A DNA stretch of 63,337 nt, counting the filler, from Craspedostauros australis (lineage: Eukaryota), in assembly GCA_030167865.1 (NCBI GenBank). It is 13 parts of 13 records of this genome, joined end to end, with 100 filler letters (N's around TTAATTAATTAA, not from the genome) between each part and the next. Parts side by side here need not be neighbours in the genome. Positions count along the whole stretch, not along the records: positions 62,143 to 63,337 come from JALAGF010000063.1; 12 more parts are not named here. One strand, given 5' to 3'. Each line of letters starts with the position of its first letter. The stretch's first letter is position 1. Shown piece by piece: positions 62,143-63,337 of the stretch. Made by a program: the position numbers and the translations under genes. The notes under the pieces were generated by a model. That model did no database searches. It was given only the letters and a program-made list of their open reading frames with translations, and was not told the DNA's origin.

Positions 62143-63337
62143 ACTATGGTGCGTAGCTCATAGTACGACCACCCACAACACCACACAAAATCTCCACATC
62201 CAGATATGGATGCCTTCCAGATGGATCTACGACCTCATACTTCGTGACCAGGTACTTTGGGGTGTGTTGTACGTGCCCGCCAGGTTGGATTCGATTGAGG
62301 TTGACATTTTCTATGCACATATGGGCAATCTACTGTACAGTATTGTGCGTAGCTCGTGGTACTACCACCCACAGCACCACTCGAAATCTAGATTCTCAGA
62401 TATGGATGCCTTCCAGACGGATCTACGACCTCATACTTCGTGACCAGGTACTTTGGGGTGTGTTGTAAGTTCCCGCCAGGTTGGATTCGATTGTGATTGA
62501 CATTTTCTATGCACATATGGGCAATCTACTGTACACTATGGTGCGTAGCTCATAGTACGACCACCCACAACACCACACAAAATCTCCACATCCAGATATG
62601 AATGCCTTCCAGACGGATCAACGACCTCATACTTCGTGACCGGGTACTTTGGGGTGTGTTGTAAGTTTCCGCCAGGCTGGATTTGATTGAGGTTGACATT
62701 TATAGGCACATATGGGCAATCTACTGCACAGTATCGTGCGTAGCTCGTGGTACTACCACCCACAGCACCACTCGAAATCTAGATTCCCGGATATGGATGC
62801 CTTCCAGATGGATCTACGACCTCATACTTCGTGACCAGGTACTTTGGAGTGTGTTGTAAGTTCCCGCCGGGTTGAATTCGATTGTGATTGACATTTTCTA
62901 TGCACATATGGGCAATCTACTGTACACTATGGTGCGTAGCTCATAGTACGACCACCCACAACACCACACAAAATCTCCACATCCAGATATGGATGCCTTG
63001 CAGATGGATCTAGGACCTCATACTTCGTGACCAGGTACTTTGGGGTGTGTTGTAAGTTCCCGCCGGGTTGGATTTGATTGAGGTTGACATTTATAGGCAC
63101 ATATGGGCAATCTACTGCACAGTATCGTGCGTAGCTCGTGGTACTACCACCCACAGCACCACTCGAAATCTAGATTCCCGGATATGGATGCCTTCCAGAT
63201 GGATTGGAGACCTCATACTTCGTGACCAGGTACTTTGGAGTGTGTTGTACGTGCCCGCCAGGTTGGATTTGATTGAGGTTGACATTTTCTATGCACATAT
63301 GGGCAATCTACTGTACACTATGGTGCGTAGCTCATAG
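62143..63337. repeat. Tandem satellite, 195-196-bp monomer organised as a 391-392-bp A/B dimer
   Basis: ACTATGGTGCGTAGCTCATAG recurs at 62143, 62535, 62926 and 63317. The variant AGTAT(T/C)GTGCGTAGCTCGTGG recurs at 62339, 62730 and 63121. Confidence 0.95.

Noticed and set aside
62143..63337. CRISPR-like array or repeated small ORFs (62536-62763, 62927-63154)
   Set aside because: Units are wholly repeated with no unique spacers. The ORFs are by-products of the satellite.

Overview
Eukaryotic sequence, almost certainly a diatom, judged from bipartite signal+ASAF-type plastid presequences, GT-AG introns, diatom-type Copia (CoDi-like) Gag and a NirB-NirD fusion. The window is a concatenation of 13 contigs joined by artificial 100-nt N/TTAATTAATTAA/N linkers, so adjacency across linkers means nothing. 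Three contigs carry most genes. 4384-24747 has MGDG synthase, an orphan plastid protein, a plastid mTERF, a membrane protein, glucosidase II beta, a SETD6/LSMT-like methyltransferase and SPCS3, followed by decayed retroelement DNA with a nested solo LTR. 24848-39661 has a secreted Cys-repeat protein with an RXL site and lysine cluster, NAD(P)H nitrite reductase, a sulfotransferase and a TPR protein. 41390-52561 has two convergent paralogous secreted Cys-rich proteins enclosing a vacuolar sorting receptor and two tandem membrane-anchored SET proteins. The short contigs are mostly transposon fragments, a tandem pair of AAA/STAND-like gene fragments and a dimeric ~195.5-bp satellite. Most notable: (i) the secretory-pathway cluster at 41.8-52.6 kb, a candidate cell-wall or adhesive protein modification and trafficking locus; (ii) a tightly constrained -1 ribosomal frameshift site (G GGT TTT) joining Gag to a hydrophobic linker and protease in a Copia-like element; (iii) the silaffin-like RQL-KxxK cluster fused to an 18-aa Cys repeat solenoid. 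All family assignments come from reading motifs by eye; no database searches were run.
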